A DNA stretch of 64,000 bases from Tubiluchus corallicola (lineage: Eukaryota; Animalia; Priapulida), in contig JAQGDQ010000623.1 of NCBI GenBank assembly GCA_030141605.1, positions 1-64,000 on the forward strand, read 5' to 3'. The notes under the pieces are model-generated. The model had not been told where the DNA came from. It made no database searches and was given only the letters and a program-made list of their open reading frames with translations. Position 1 is the stretch's first letter. Each line of letters starts with the position of its first letter. Below, piece after piece: positions 39,865 to 52,135 of this stretch. The position numbers and the translations under genes are program-made.

Positions 39865-40672
39865 ATGTTAGACGTTGAAAAAGCGGCTAATCGGCTTAGA
39901 AATAGTTGGATGTTGAAAAAACGGCTAACAAGCTTAGAGAAACGATGGTTAGATGTTGAAAAAAGGTTAGAAAAAATGACTAAAATATTAGACGTTGACT
40001 AAAAGTGGTTAATCAGTTTAGAGAAATGATGGCTAGATGTTGAAAAAGTGACTAAGATATTAGATGTTGACTAAAAGTGGCTAATCAGTTTAGAAGGACG
40101 ATGGCTAGATGTTGAAAAAGTGACTAAGATATTAGATGTTGACTAAAAGTGGCTAATCAATTTACAGAAATGATGGTTAGATGTTGAAAAAGTGACTAAG
40201 ATATTATATGTTGACTAAACGTGGCTAATCAGTTTAGAGAAATGATGGTTAGATGTTGAAAAAGTGACTAAGACATTTGATGTTGACTAAGAGTGGCTAA
40301 TCAGTTTAGAGAAATGATGGTTAGATGTTGAAAAAGTGACTAAAATATTAGATGTTGACTAAAAGTGGCTAATCAGTTTAGAGAAATGATGGTTAGATGT
40401 TGAAAAAGTGACTAAGATATTAGATGTTGACTAAAAGTGGCTAATCAGTTTAGAGAAATGATGGTTAGATGTTGAAAAAGTGACTAAGATATTATATGTT
40501 GACTAAACGTGGCTAATCAGTTTAGAGAAATGATGGTTAGATGTTGAAAAAGTGACTAAGACATTTGATGTTGACTAAACGTGGCTAATCAGTTTAGAGA
40601 AATGATGGCTAGATGTTGAAAAAGTGACTAAAATATTAGATGTTGACTAAAAGTGGCTAATCAGTTTAGAGA
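39865..40672. repeat. 72-bp dimeric (27+45) minisatellite, ~10 copies plus degenerate lead-in
   Basis: GATGTTGAAAAAGTGACTAA at 40036, 40108 and onward. Both subunits start TAGATGTTGA. Confidence 0.95.
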
Positions 40673-40967
40673 AGAACTCGCTGCATTATTTCAGCAATTC
40701 GTTATTTCTGAAAAAAAATAGGAAAGGGAAAAGAAAAATTTTTGTAATCGATTGTTATTTGTAATTTGAAATATTTTCTTCTTTTTGTTAAATTGAAAAT
40801 GATAGCTGGACTATCGAAATCTTGATTTTAAATAAACTGAAACTGAATATTGATTAACAATTGATTTCCCATGTTTCTCTTGCTTGGATTACACCATTCT
40901 TTGGTTTGGCAAAGGCTTACCTTTGCTTTTCTTTAGAGTACTCACACTGAAAGTGGTCATTTGCTAA

Positions 40968-41982
40968 CGGCGTGTTCAAACTAGGGAGTTTTCTGTCGCG
41001 AGTTTCTCTCTAACAGCAAACTCGTAAATGTGAACTGTTTTGCGAGTTACTCTCGACATGTTATTGTAAACTCTGCGACAGATGCAGCAAGTTGACTTCC
41101 CGTCTAGTGTGAATGCCAGGCGAGTTACTCTCGACATGTTATTGCAAACTCTTCGTCAGTTGCTGTAAGTTGATTTCCTGTCTAGTGTGAATACCAGGTG
41201 AGTTACTCTCGACATGTTATTGCAAACTCTTCGTCAGTTGCTGTAAGTTGATTTTCTGTCTAGTGTGAATGCCAGGTGAGTTACTCTCGACATGTTATTG
41301 CAAACTCTTCGTCAGTTGCTGTAAGTTGATTTTCTGTCTCGTGTGAATGCCAGGCGAGTTACTCTCGACATGGTATTGCAGACCCTTCGTCAGTTGCTGT
41401 AAGTTGATTTTCTGTCTAGTGTGAATGCCAGGTGAGTTACTCTCGGCATCTTATTGCAAAGTCTTCGTCAGTTGCAGCAAGTTGACTTCCTGTCTAGTGT
41501 GAATGCCAGGTGAATTACTCTCGACATGTTATTGCAAACTCTCCGTCAGTTGCTGCAAGTTGACTTCCTGTCTAGTGTGAATTTCACGGCGAGTTACTCT
41601 CGGCATGTTATTGCAAACTCTCCGACAGTTGCTGCAAGTTGATTTTCTGTCTAGTGTGAATTTCACGGCGAGTTACTCTCGGCATGTTATTGCAAACTCT
41701 CCGACAGTTGCTGCAAGTTGATTTTCTGTCTAGTGTGAATTTCACCGCGAGTTACTCTCGGCATGTTATTGCAAACTCTCCGACAGTTGCTGCAAGTTGA
41801 TTTTCTGTCTAGTGTGAATGCCAGGTGAGTTACTCTCGGCATGTTATTGCAAACTCTCCGACAGTTGCTGCAAGTTGATTTTCTGTCTAGTGTGAATTTC
41901 ACGGCGAGTTACTCTCGGCATGTTATTGCAAACTCTGCGACAGATGCAGCAAGTTGATTACCTGTCTAGTGTGAATGCGCCT
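40968..41982. mobile_element. PIF/Harbinger-like MITE containing a 78-bp tandem array
   Basis: Left GGCGTGTTCAAACTAG and right CTAGTGTGAATGCGCC are imperfect inverted repeats, flanked by TAA/TTA. Confidence 0.65.
41042..41980. repeat. 78-bp tandem repeat, 12 copies
   Basis: GAGTTACTCTC recurs at 41044, 41122, 41200, and so on. Confidence 0.97.
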
Positions 41983-42512
41983 TTATCTTGTCTCTTAAGT
42001 CGTCTTCGAATGAAAACTTTTTACATTGTACCCACCGCTGGTTAAGTTGTCTGAATTCTAAATTTTCAGTTAACATGATTATAATTTCTTTTTAGAAGAC
42101 TTCTTTTTCTTCTATTTTGTAAAACTATTAGAACATAAACTTAAGAAAATAGCTTCTATGATTTCCTGCGTGAAGCGCGTGCGCATGTGCGTGCGTGCGT
42201 GTGCTCGTGCACACGTGTTTGTGCGTGTAAGCGCGCTTATAGCTTGCACTGTTATACAGCGCAGTTGAGATTGTATAAATAGTCACGACTGTTCAATAAA
42301 CCGTTTATGTAACCCGCTTCGACAAACGTTTTAAGGTGAGATAAGGTAAGATAAGTTTTATTTAATGTCCATCATTTACATAATTAACATGAGCAGTTAA
42401 AACTCTTCTTCGACGATATCTTTGACCTGCGAAGGTTGTAAGATCATCAAGCGTGGGCGAAGATTTTCTGAGAAAGCAGAATTTGAACATAGGTACGTCC
42501 AACCGTTTGCAG

Positions 42513-42731
42513 GCTAGAAGGTTTGGTCTAGTGGTAACGCGCTCGCTTTCCGTCTGGGAGGTCGTGAGTTCGATACAGCGGCCGGGTAATTCTAAAGACT
42601 TTAAAAATGGTACCTGCTGTTGCCCTTCCTGGAGCATTTAGGGTAAAAGCGGGGTAATAATAGTCTCTGTTATGTAGTTGTGGGTTGTTGTTTACAGCAA
42701 AAAGCCGACTGTAAATAGAGATATAGAGATG

Positions 42732-42782
<51 letters not shown>
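42513..42782 (+). mobile_element. tRNA-derived SINE with central domain; downstream (TTA)n tract may be its tail
   Basis: A box TGGTCTAGTGG (42524-42534) and B box GAGTTCGATAC (42566-42576), then AAAGACTTTAAAAATGGTACCTGCTG. (TTA)n at 42732-42782. Confidence 0.78.
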
Positions 42783-43552
42783 GGCCCAAATAACTAACGC
42801 GTAAATCTCACTATACCAAAACAAGTATTGGGTCATTGTTCTTTCTTATCTATTAAGAGTGAAACTATTAAGAGACTCACTTCACATAGAAACGATCTTA
42901 CATAATATGACACTAGTGGCAATGCTTATTCTGCTTAGTTAATTTTAATGAAGCATCTATATTTGCTCCTCATCCCGTTGCTAGGTTGCATCCATCCTCA
43001 AATTACAGCCATGTCGTACTTTATCTCTGCATGTGGGCTAACTACTGCACGTTGCATGAAAAATTGCATGCCTGTTTGTATTGGGTGGCCACAAAAATTA
43101 TGCACATTTTATTAAATCGAGCTTGGGGCTCAGTTATTTGCATTGTTGATTTTTGTACTTCAGCACAGGACAGTTGTTTCCACTGGAAAAGGCTTAGTGG
43201 TTAACTATTAAACTTTTTTCCCGGCATACAGTTTAAGATGTGGTGACCCATAAATAATTAAATGTTAACTCGTTATTAACGCTTTAAACTGTAATTAACA
43301 CACTCGTACAATGAATGGGCACAAATACACCTGCATCATGAGAAAACAAGTGAGCATCTCTGCACGCAAACAAGCTTCAGTTTACATGCAAACAAACAAA
43401 TGGCAATTTAACGATGAAGCTCCACGGAGCCCCTATCGAGCATTTTCAAACTAGAATTTATATCATGGTGACAAAACCCGGTTCCTATTAATGATTTCTC
43501 CTAACAATTTCTAAATGTCACTGTAAAATAGGGGCTTCGAGGAATTGTGACT

Positions 43553-43955
43553 GTAAAGGAAAGGACAGGTCACTTAGCATGTCGGGTTTATTTTACCGTT
43601 ATCACCTGAACTTAGAAAAATGTAGCAAAAAAATGCAAAAAACTGTCTATAATACACAAATTTAATTTGTACTCCTGCTGTTTAGAAATTCACAGGCTCA
43701 ATGGTAGCTGCCTTTTGTATAGAAATTATGACATCAGAAACTGGAGGACTTCGTGAATTTTCATAAGCGCACCACGGCTTTCCATAAGCGTGCAATGCTT
43801 AAACTAATTCAAATGTCAGCAGCTTACCAAATATTCATGCAGAAATAGCATAAAATTAGCTATACGTGTTTGTAATTGACGTTCACTGCTTTTCTTCGCG
43901 ACGTCATTGGCGGAAGAATGGCTGTGCCCAAACGTTAAATGATCACGACATTAAA
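43553..43955 (-). mobile_element. Family C repeat
   Basis: GTCACTTAGCATGT..GACGTCATTGGCGGAAGAATGG. Confidence 0.78.
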
Positions 43956-44707
43956 ATGATTATACTAATTACATGATGCACTTATTGCACTTTTATTATT
44001 AAATCCTTCTAACATTTTTCATGAACATTGAAATAAGTCTAACTTTCCAGAATGTTTGTCCTTTCCTTTAAAGGTGGGCAAAATTACGTAAAATATGATA
44101 ATGTAACTGTTTGTTGCAATTTGTAGAGCTTTGTGGCGGACAAATGTATAAAGGTCCAAGATAATATGTATATATTTTATTGAACAATTGTTTTATATAT
44201 ATATATATAATATATATATATATTGTTGAATTTGCAAGAAGCACACTTTTATTATGAGAAGAAAGTTTAAGTTATTGCAAAAAATGACGTTTTCTTGCAT
44301 TTGGGGAATTTTATTTTATTTGAAGATACCGTAAACTGTTCAATCAGATATTGTGTGCATTTTTAGGATACAAATTAAGAATATTGGGTAAGGATTTCAA
44401 CATTTTGTGAACAAACCGTTGTATGCCTAACGTTATGTCTGCAAAACGTTTGCAGTGGCTGTTTCCATTTCGTTTAAATTCAATGTAATCATTGAGGCCG
44501 GTACCTCAGGGGTTGGTGCTAGGCCCACTTTTGATTCTAATACACATCACTAATTCTCCGAAAGTAGTCAAAATGTGGTTTAAAAAATTTTTGATAGCAA
44601 CAACATGCAATTTGATATTCAAAATACTGAAATCCTTTCCTAATTTATTCGTTTTGAGTAGTTTTTCCAGCATTAAATTCTGAAAATATTCTCATTCTTG
44701 CTTTCAG

Positions 44708-45132
44708 CTATTTATTTGTGACAATTTCGTTGACGATTGGAGAATCGCCATGACTTGGGAGCGAGTGGGGCAGCTCGCCCTGGAAATTTTCATCTGTGCC
44801 ATTCATCCCATTCCGGGCGAGTACTACTTCACCTGGACCACTGCCGTCCGGTTCCGCTCTGAAGGTGAGATCCAGTCGAACGACGTTCCAGTGGACGTTC
44901 TACTGTCACTTCCCATGTTTCTCAGGCTCTATCTCATCTGTCGGGTGATGCTCTTGCACAGCAAGTTGTTCACAGACGCCTCCTCGCGAAGTATAGGAGC
45001 GCTAAATCGTATAAATTTCAACACCAGATTTGTGCTAAAAACTCTAATGACTATTTGCCCAGGAACAGTATTATTAGTGTTTATGGTGTCGCTGTGGTTA
45101 ATCGCTAGTTGGCTATTGCGGGCGTGTGAAAG
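44708..45132 (+). CDS. SK: SK/KCNN channel coding exon (S2-S3 linker, S3, S4, S5), 425 nt, phase 0-2
   Basis: ctttcag|CTA...GAA AG|gtaagt. [19 protein letters not shown]...CAIHPIPG...[55 protein letters not shown]...RACE(R), all hallmark SK motifs. Confidence 0.98.
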
Positions 45133-47120
45133 GTAAGTTCAGACGTATCTCAGCTGTATTTTTACTAAGACTTATGTCTGTTGTGTTTTTACTTAGCTCC
45201 GTAACTTATTCATTGACTACAGGGCACCGGGTAGTGCTTTGCACTTTTTATTGTCTCACTGTGTGATAATTGCCTGGTGGACAACTAGATACCCTGCTCC
45301 TTCGTCCCACTCACAATGTTATCTAATATATATTTAAGTGAGTCCATTTTTGTATGTATATTATTGTTGTTATGCATTGTGAAATAAACATTCATATCTT
45401 ATCTTATTTTATTATAGTGGCCCATGAGATGCTGCAACTATCTTGATTTTGACCTCTGACATTTTCTGGCGTTAACGTTATTCTCACATTTTTTCATATA
45501 TAGACACAGACCTAGACCTAAATGCAGACATAGACATATGGGCATAGCTATAAACATAGACCGAGGCATAGGCATAAGCACAAGCATTGCTGTAGCCTTA
45601 GGCATGAACGTAACCACAGGCACAGACATAGATATGAAGGTTTTAATTTTCTTCTTTTGAGCACTTATGTAATAATTGCATTGCATTTTAGTTGCGCTGA
45701 GTAAGAGAAGCCCGTGACCGGTTGTGAGTTATCAAATCTATGGAAAGGAGGCGTTTAACCATATAGTGAACGTACCCTCATTATTTTTTGTGTCTAGGCC
45801 TAATTGAATTTATTTATTTACTTGTGTTTGTTTGTTCGTTTGTTTTTCGTGAAGTTTTGTTAATATGACCAGACCATATTTAATGGCGTCAACGGTTTAC
45901 GAGTTTTAAAGCTGAATTACAAATATCTATGATCGTTACATTTGGTTCTACATCTCCTGCGTTCATTACAGCTATAAATGACTTTCATCAACAATGACGT
46001 CATATTAGTGTTATGGGTTTTAAAGCAGACCTTGTCACTGACAAACAGTGCAGAAATGTCATGTATGGCTTAACATCGCACAGTGGACAGACGATTAATT
46101 AATCCAGCTTACAAAAGTAATGTACGTCAAGGATCCATTCTTGGACCACTTATGTTTAGAAGTGACATTAATGATATGGGCTGTTTGGAGGGCGGTCGCT
46201 TTTTTCCTTTTCAAAAAGTGGGTTCAAAAAGCAAAAAAAAACTGCTGACCAAAACTTGTCTCATTTATAGTGTAATAAGCATATAAAGTTTAGCATATGC
46301 AGAACTTTCTAACACTACCAGGTTGTTATAGTTTTGCTTTTATCTGCTTCTGGCTTTTTTTTATAGAAAAACCAAGTTTCGCTTGGTGAGAATATGCAGG
46401 ATTATATATTTTATTCTAAGAAGTTGAAACTGTGCTACAGTTAACAAAAGCATCAAATTGACTTTCTCATGAAAAAGTCTGATATATTAGGCAAACAAAT
46501 CTAACCAGGCGTGACAAACGATCAACCAGATCGTCGCATAAATAATGAACAGTTTCCTAATTAGGCGAATAATTTGCTGATAGCGATTGCTTCCTGTGCT
46601 GCAGGTGTTACTGAAGATTACAATCTGTATTGAGTAACCACATCTTAGGAAAATGAAACCACCGGGTAACCGCGTTCTGAACAAATGAAGCCACATCGTG
46701 GCACTCCACGTGGTGCGGGGGTTTCAACATAAATATTTGAGAAGCTAATGCAGAAGTGAGAGGCTTGTGCGAGAATTTGGTTTGGAAGGTGATATGTTTT
46801 TGCTAAAGGAAGCGATAAATTGCGTTAAGGTAGTAATCCCTCAAACTTGTGCTGAGGATAATGATGAAATTTAATGGTTTACGCGCCATGGGCTATGGAT
46901 AATTTATGTAGCTTCCTCGCACTAACTTAGTTAGTGGATTAGGGGAATATTTATTGTCTTTCATTCTTGTGTGCTATCGCCAGCTTGTATTAAAAGTGAA
47001 TAAAGAATGATGGATAAATACTAAAATGTATTGAAGCATCTCTCTCTGTCTCTTTGGTCCTCTCTCTCTGTCTCTCTGTACCAGTCTCTGCTCTCACTCC
47101 CTTCCAGTCTCTCTTTTTTC

Positions 47121-47174
<54 letters not shown>

Positions 47175-47223
47175 GTTCTATTATATTTTATTTTGACATT
47201 AAACAAGATTTATTAAATAAATA

Positions 47224-47263
<40 letters not shown>

Positions 47264-47280
47264 TCACTCTCTCTCTCTTT

Positions 47281-47448
47281 CTCTTTTGCTTTTGAACATA
47301 TGGACTGGACAAAACATTATGAACAGTACAACAAGACACCCTTGCAAAACAGACGCGTGCTTCGCGGCGCATAACCGATAAAGCACAATGGTCTGGTATT
47401 ATTCGTAAATGCAATGCCTAACGAGAATGACTTCCTCTCAGTTGATTA
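47281..47448 (-). repeat. GA-tract-associated module Y, inverted copy at 52746-52915
   Basis: CACAATGGTCTGGTATTATTCGTAAATGCAATGCCTAA vs TTAGGCATTGCATTTACGAATAATACCAGACCATTGTG. Confidence 0.92.
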
Positions 47449-47608
47449 CATCCTTTAGGCACTCTGGCTGCTCGTGACAGAGTAATAACATTGCTGCTTC
47501 ATCCTGCATGGAATAACGATTTCCATTGTCAGCTGCCGCTGCGACAGTCACAATTACATGCCGTTTACCTCGACTCGTGTGACGAATTCCAAAGCGTTGC
47601 GTGTAAGC

Positions 47609-47667
<59 letters not shown>

Positions 47668-47926
47668 GGGATGAAGAAAGAGAAACAAAGAGAGAGAGAA
47701 GAAAGAGAAAGAATGGGAAGGACAGAGAGAGAAGGATGGAGGGAGAGAGTAAGCGGGAGAGAGACAAGGGAGGAAGAAAGAGAAACAAAGAGACAGAGAA
47801 GAAAGAGAAAGAGGGAACGTACAGAGGGAGAGAGATAAGGGAGGAAGAAAGAGAAACAAATAGACAGAGAAGAAAGAGAAAGAGGGGACGTACAGAGGGA
47901 AAAGGGGACAAGGGAAAGAGCAAGAC

Positions 47927-47969
<43 letters not shown>

Positions 47970-48160
47970 GGAAGGGAAGAAAGGTATATTATTATTATAA
48001 ATCTTTTTATTATACAAATATACATATATACAATTCCCTCTATTTGTAGAGAGGTCGTTTTACATGCGTTTTACATATTACCTGATTGCTATTATGACAT
48101 TATATTATAACATATTTGCATTTACAATTTGCATTTTTTTCTGATTGTTACAACCGTTTG

Positions 48161-48400
48161 ACTAGTGACCTTGTAAGCTATGAAGTGTTCACTCACTTTG
48201 ACCTTAAACGTTGACCTCGGTTATGACTTCTGACCTTTCGCCTCCACACTTATGTCAGGCAGAAAAACCCTTGGTGGAAAACGAATAACGGTATTGGCTT
48301 CAGCTGTTTGCTAGACTTGACTCCAGAAAGACAGCCAGAAAACAAATAAACAAACAAACAAATAAGCTGGAAGGACAACCGCTCTCTTTAGTTTAAGTAA
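48161..48400 (+). mobile_element. Possible Helentron-derived non-autonomous element (HINE/DINE-1-like), decayed
   Basis: Clustered TGACCT(T) motifs followed by an (AAAC)n microsatellite, resembling invertebrate HINE layout. Confidence 0.4.
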
Positions 48401-48718
48401 ATATCCCACAGAAGTAGGTCAAGGCTACTGGAAGATGAAACATGCAGGACACTCATCCACACACTTGTTTTACTGCAATAGAAGATGTGAAATCATCACA
48501 CAACAGAGATAAAATGAGCAAAAAGGAGTTTTTCTCAGCTTATGATGACTGTGAAGCCATCATCTCTGACTCAACATCGATGGCTTCCCTCGTGGTATCA
48601 ATATTTTAAAAAGGGACTATTTTAAATTATTATAATAATAGTAAATTACTGCTGATTGTAAGCCATCCGCGCTGCATTAGGAATTAGCATGGGCAACTCT
48701 TCTTATTCCTGTACAAGA

Positions 48719-49097
48719 TTAAAGGAAAGAATAAGTCACTTAGCATGTTGAGTTTAATTTACTGTTATCACTTAAACTTAGAAAAATATAACTAAGAAAT
48801 TTGCAAAAAAACTTTCTGTAAAGCGTAAATACAAATATATCTTAATAGAAATTCTCAGGCATGGTAATCTCTGGCATTCACTTGATAATTATAATGTAAC
48901 TGGTGGACTTTGTGACTTTTCGTAAGCACATGGTGACTTGAGTCTGCTCTGCTTACCTAATGTTAATGCAAATATATCACAAAATTAGCTATGTAATTTT
49001 TTGCAAAAGTTTATTATACTTTTGATGGAATTTGAAAGTGCGCTGCTTTTCTGACGTCATTGATGAAAGAATGGGCGTGAAATGATCTTGACTTTAA
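48719..49097 (-). mobile_element. Family C repeat
   Basis: TTAAAGGAAAG..GTCACTTAGCATGT..GACGTCATTGATGAAAGAATGG..CTTTAA. Confidence 0.8.
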
Positions 49098-49460
49098 AGA
49101 TCTGTTAGTTTGTGACGAACTTCAAACGTTCGACAACTCTTGCATGAGTACAGCTGTAAATTTGAAATTGGACTTTTTATCTTAAAACTTGTCACAACGC
49201 ACAAAATATCTTTTTATCACTGTACTTCAATTTTCTTTTCCACAAACACGTGCAACACGCTCGTGGAATATTTTTGCTGTGGAAAATTATATTAGTTTGT
49301 GATGTCATCAACAGTTGAGCTCACCCACCGTTAATTAAGATTGTAATTTATTATTTAATTGTCAGAAACGCTTTTGCAGTATTAACTGTGTTAAGATGTA
49401 TACTTTTTATCTGACTTTATAATGGGGTAATATATGAAAAATCATTCTGTCTTCCTTTAA
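49094..49460 (-). mobile_element. Family B repeat, sharing a TTAA with the adjacent family C copy
   Basis: CGCTCGTGGAATATTTTTGCTG...TCTTCCTTTAA. Confidence 0.8.
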
Positions 49461-50616
49461 GCCTTCATCAAAGGTTGTCTTAGTCCTTGAAGAACTCAAT
49501 AAAATTTTTTTTTATAAAATTTAATTGGATAAAATTAAGAAAACATGCTCTTTTTAGGCACTCCAACTGAAGCTATTGAGTAGCTTAGTCTGGTGTACAC
49601 TTGCGTGATCGTACACACTAATTTATTGATCGCCTACTTGCTACAGCCCAAGCTGTGCGGTGTTCTTCTGGTACTCCAGGAAAAAACAAAGGATCAGCAA
49701 AGGACAAGTTCGTTTCATCTTTTAAAACCTCTTCTTAAGGATTTTGACCTTAAAAATAGAGCAGTCCTGAGCCCAAAATGTGTCAGAGTGTGGTGTCTGA
49801 ATGGTTGAAATTAACTAAACTAGTCGCTTTTCATGCAAGTGATACTGTACATTATTATGGTGCAAACAGTGCAGTTACTGAAAGTTTTTTTTCAATTTTT
49901 TGTCAAAAATTCGTCTAAGCTAAGCAAAGGCATTGCATATATAATTGTGCGTGAAAGTCCAATATAAGAGGAATGGAAACCTACAAAAATTATCAAATAT
50001 AGTGTAATTGTTTCTTAGTGAGAGTTTTTCATAAAATCGTGCAAAATGCAGCAAACTCTTACCGTCCTCAAGGCGTTATCCCACATACAGTTATAGCCAA
50101 CTAAGACGCTGGAGACAACTAACAGTGTTTGATTTGAAAGCTGTTCTTAATACGAAAATGGTTGGAAACAATTGTGGAAGTAACGAAAAGATTGTGGAAG
50201 TTTGCAGAAAACGGCGGCAGTCAAGATTAGTTATTATTTGGTAGCGTCATAACCGACATCAGTTCAACAAATGCTGCAAGTAGAATAATGAAAACAAGTG
50301 GTGAAGTGACAAAAAACTTGCTACCTTTATTCGGTACCCTTTGTTCGATTAAAACCATCATCAGGTGAAAAAAATAAACAATAGAAGCAAAGTAGGCTGT
50401 AAGCAATGTTGTTATTAATTAGTTGTTTGCTTTCACTTTTTATTCTTCGCCTAATTGTGGTTTACAATCGAATCATAGGATCATGAATAAAATTAATAAG
50501 TTTTTTCATCATTTTTTGGTCTTTTCCATTTTCATGCACACAGTATTTGTTGGCCTAAATTTGGTCACGTTGTTGCCAACTAATAATTAATAACTTAACT
50601 GTTTTATTTATCTGCT

Positions 50617-50856
50617 GTGTGGCTCTTTGATTTGTGGTCCTTTAACTTGGGGTCTTTGATCTGTGGTCCTTTGACCTGTGGTCCTTTGACCTGTGGTCCT
50701 TTGACCCGTGGTCCTTTGACCCGTGGTCCTTTGACCCGTGGTCCTTTGACCCGTGGTCCTTTGTCCTGTGGTCCTTTGACCTGTGTTCCTTTGACCTGTG
50801 GTCCTTTGAACTGAGGTTCTTTGACTTGTGGTCCTTTGATCTGTGGTCCTTTGACT
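50617..50856. repeat. 15-bp minisatellite (CTGTGGTCCTTTGAC)n, ~15 copies
   Basis: Direct reading of the sequence. Confidence 0.95.
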
Positions 50857-51460
50857 GGTTGTTGTTTGTTAGGCCATTTGAGGAAACACGAACTGGGCGT
50901 CACACAATGAAGCCATGACTTCTAAATTTCTCTGGCTTTGTGTGTAATGTCCTTCTCGATATGGCTTCATACTCCTCTCGCTGGCAGCTGAAATCGAACC
51001 TTTAATGGAGAGTAGCCGGATTCCTGGATAGATTTGGCTCCTACTCAAGACGCTGGGATTGAAAGCACTTGCTTGTTATAGCGAGCCTAATCACGCCGTT
51101 ATGAAACCTCTCATCAAAGGGCATCTTGCTGAGTGTTCATTTTATTCGAGACGTTGGACTATTACTGTATGGATGCTGCAATCTCAATCGCACTGGTGCT
51201 TGGGGTTTGCTTACAAAATGAGCCTTGTCTTATGAGATTGCAAACGTCTCCTTGTTTGCCCCCCTCTCTCTCTCTCTCTCTATCTTTCTCTCGCTCTCTC
51301 TCGTTCTCTATCTTTCTCTCTCTCTGTTTGTGTGCTTCTATCATTCTCTCCTCTCTGTCTCTCTGTCTTTCTCCTCTCTGTCTCTCCCCCATTCCTTCCC
51401 CTTTCTCTCTGTGTCTCTCTGTCATTCCCTGTCTGCTTCCGTTTCTCTCTCTTTCTCAGT

Positions 51461-51491
<31 letters not shown>

Positions 51492-51578
51492 CGTCTCTCT
51501 CTCTCTCTCTCTCTCTCGATCCCTCTCTTTCTCTGCAATTCTCTTTCTTCAATTCTATTTTGGCTATCCCCCTTCCCC

Positions 51579-51617
<39 letters not shown>

Positions 51618-51856
51618 CCTCTCTCTCGCTAAGTCCCTTTGTTCCATCCCGTTTTGGTTGTTATTGTTGTGAGTTGACTGAAATTAGTCAATAGCCAAAC
51701 CTCATACCCAAGCAAATATCCAAATCGAGGCCTACCTGTTCCCAAAGGCTTCACCACACTAAGATGCAGCAACGAGAAAATAAAATTCTTGTAACTAATT
51801 TGTTAGTGATTGGATTATACCCCGTCTGTTCTTCTTGAAGGACAACGTCTTCTGAC

Positions 51857-52135
51857 AAGCAATACCACAGATAAGAAGCCTGAGGAAAAAATAAAACACT
51901 TGTAACAAAACGAAAATTTCGCCCAGTGTTCTCGCAATTTGATACCTATCGCCTTTCTGTTAAGCAATGCCACGGATAAGCAGCCCGAGGAAAAATAAAA
52001 CAATTGTAACAACACGAAAATATTGCCCAGTGTCCTCGCAATTTGATACCTATCGACTTTCTGTTAAGCAATACCACGGATAAGCAGCCCGAGGAAAAAA
52101 TAAAACAATTGTAACAACACGAAAATTTCTCCCCG
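51857..52135. repeat. ~105-bp tandem repeat, ~2.7 copies
   Basis: AAGCAATRCCAC at 51857, 51962 and 52066. Confidence 0.93.

Noticed and set aside
39865-41980. 72-bp and 78-bp arrays as CRISPR arrays
   Set aside because: Units are repeated in full with no unique spacers, there are no cas genes, and the context is a eukaryotic intron.
44492-46160. Repeated GVPQGS-like peptides (also ~7100, ~24525, ~59068) as a selected motif
   Set aside because: These are ordinary decayed LINE RT remnants. The motif is simply the easiest part to spot by eye.
50343-50365. Minus-strand CTGATGA..GAAC as a hammerhead ribozyme core
   Set aside because: GAAA is broken and I could not build stems I and III. At most a decayed relic.
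50604-50903. ORF with (KGPQV)n as a structural repeat protein
   Set aside because: It arises from a 15-bp minisatellite that is open on both strands, with no signal peptide or exon evidence.
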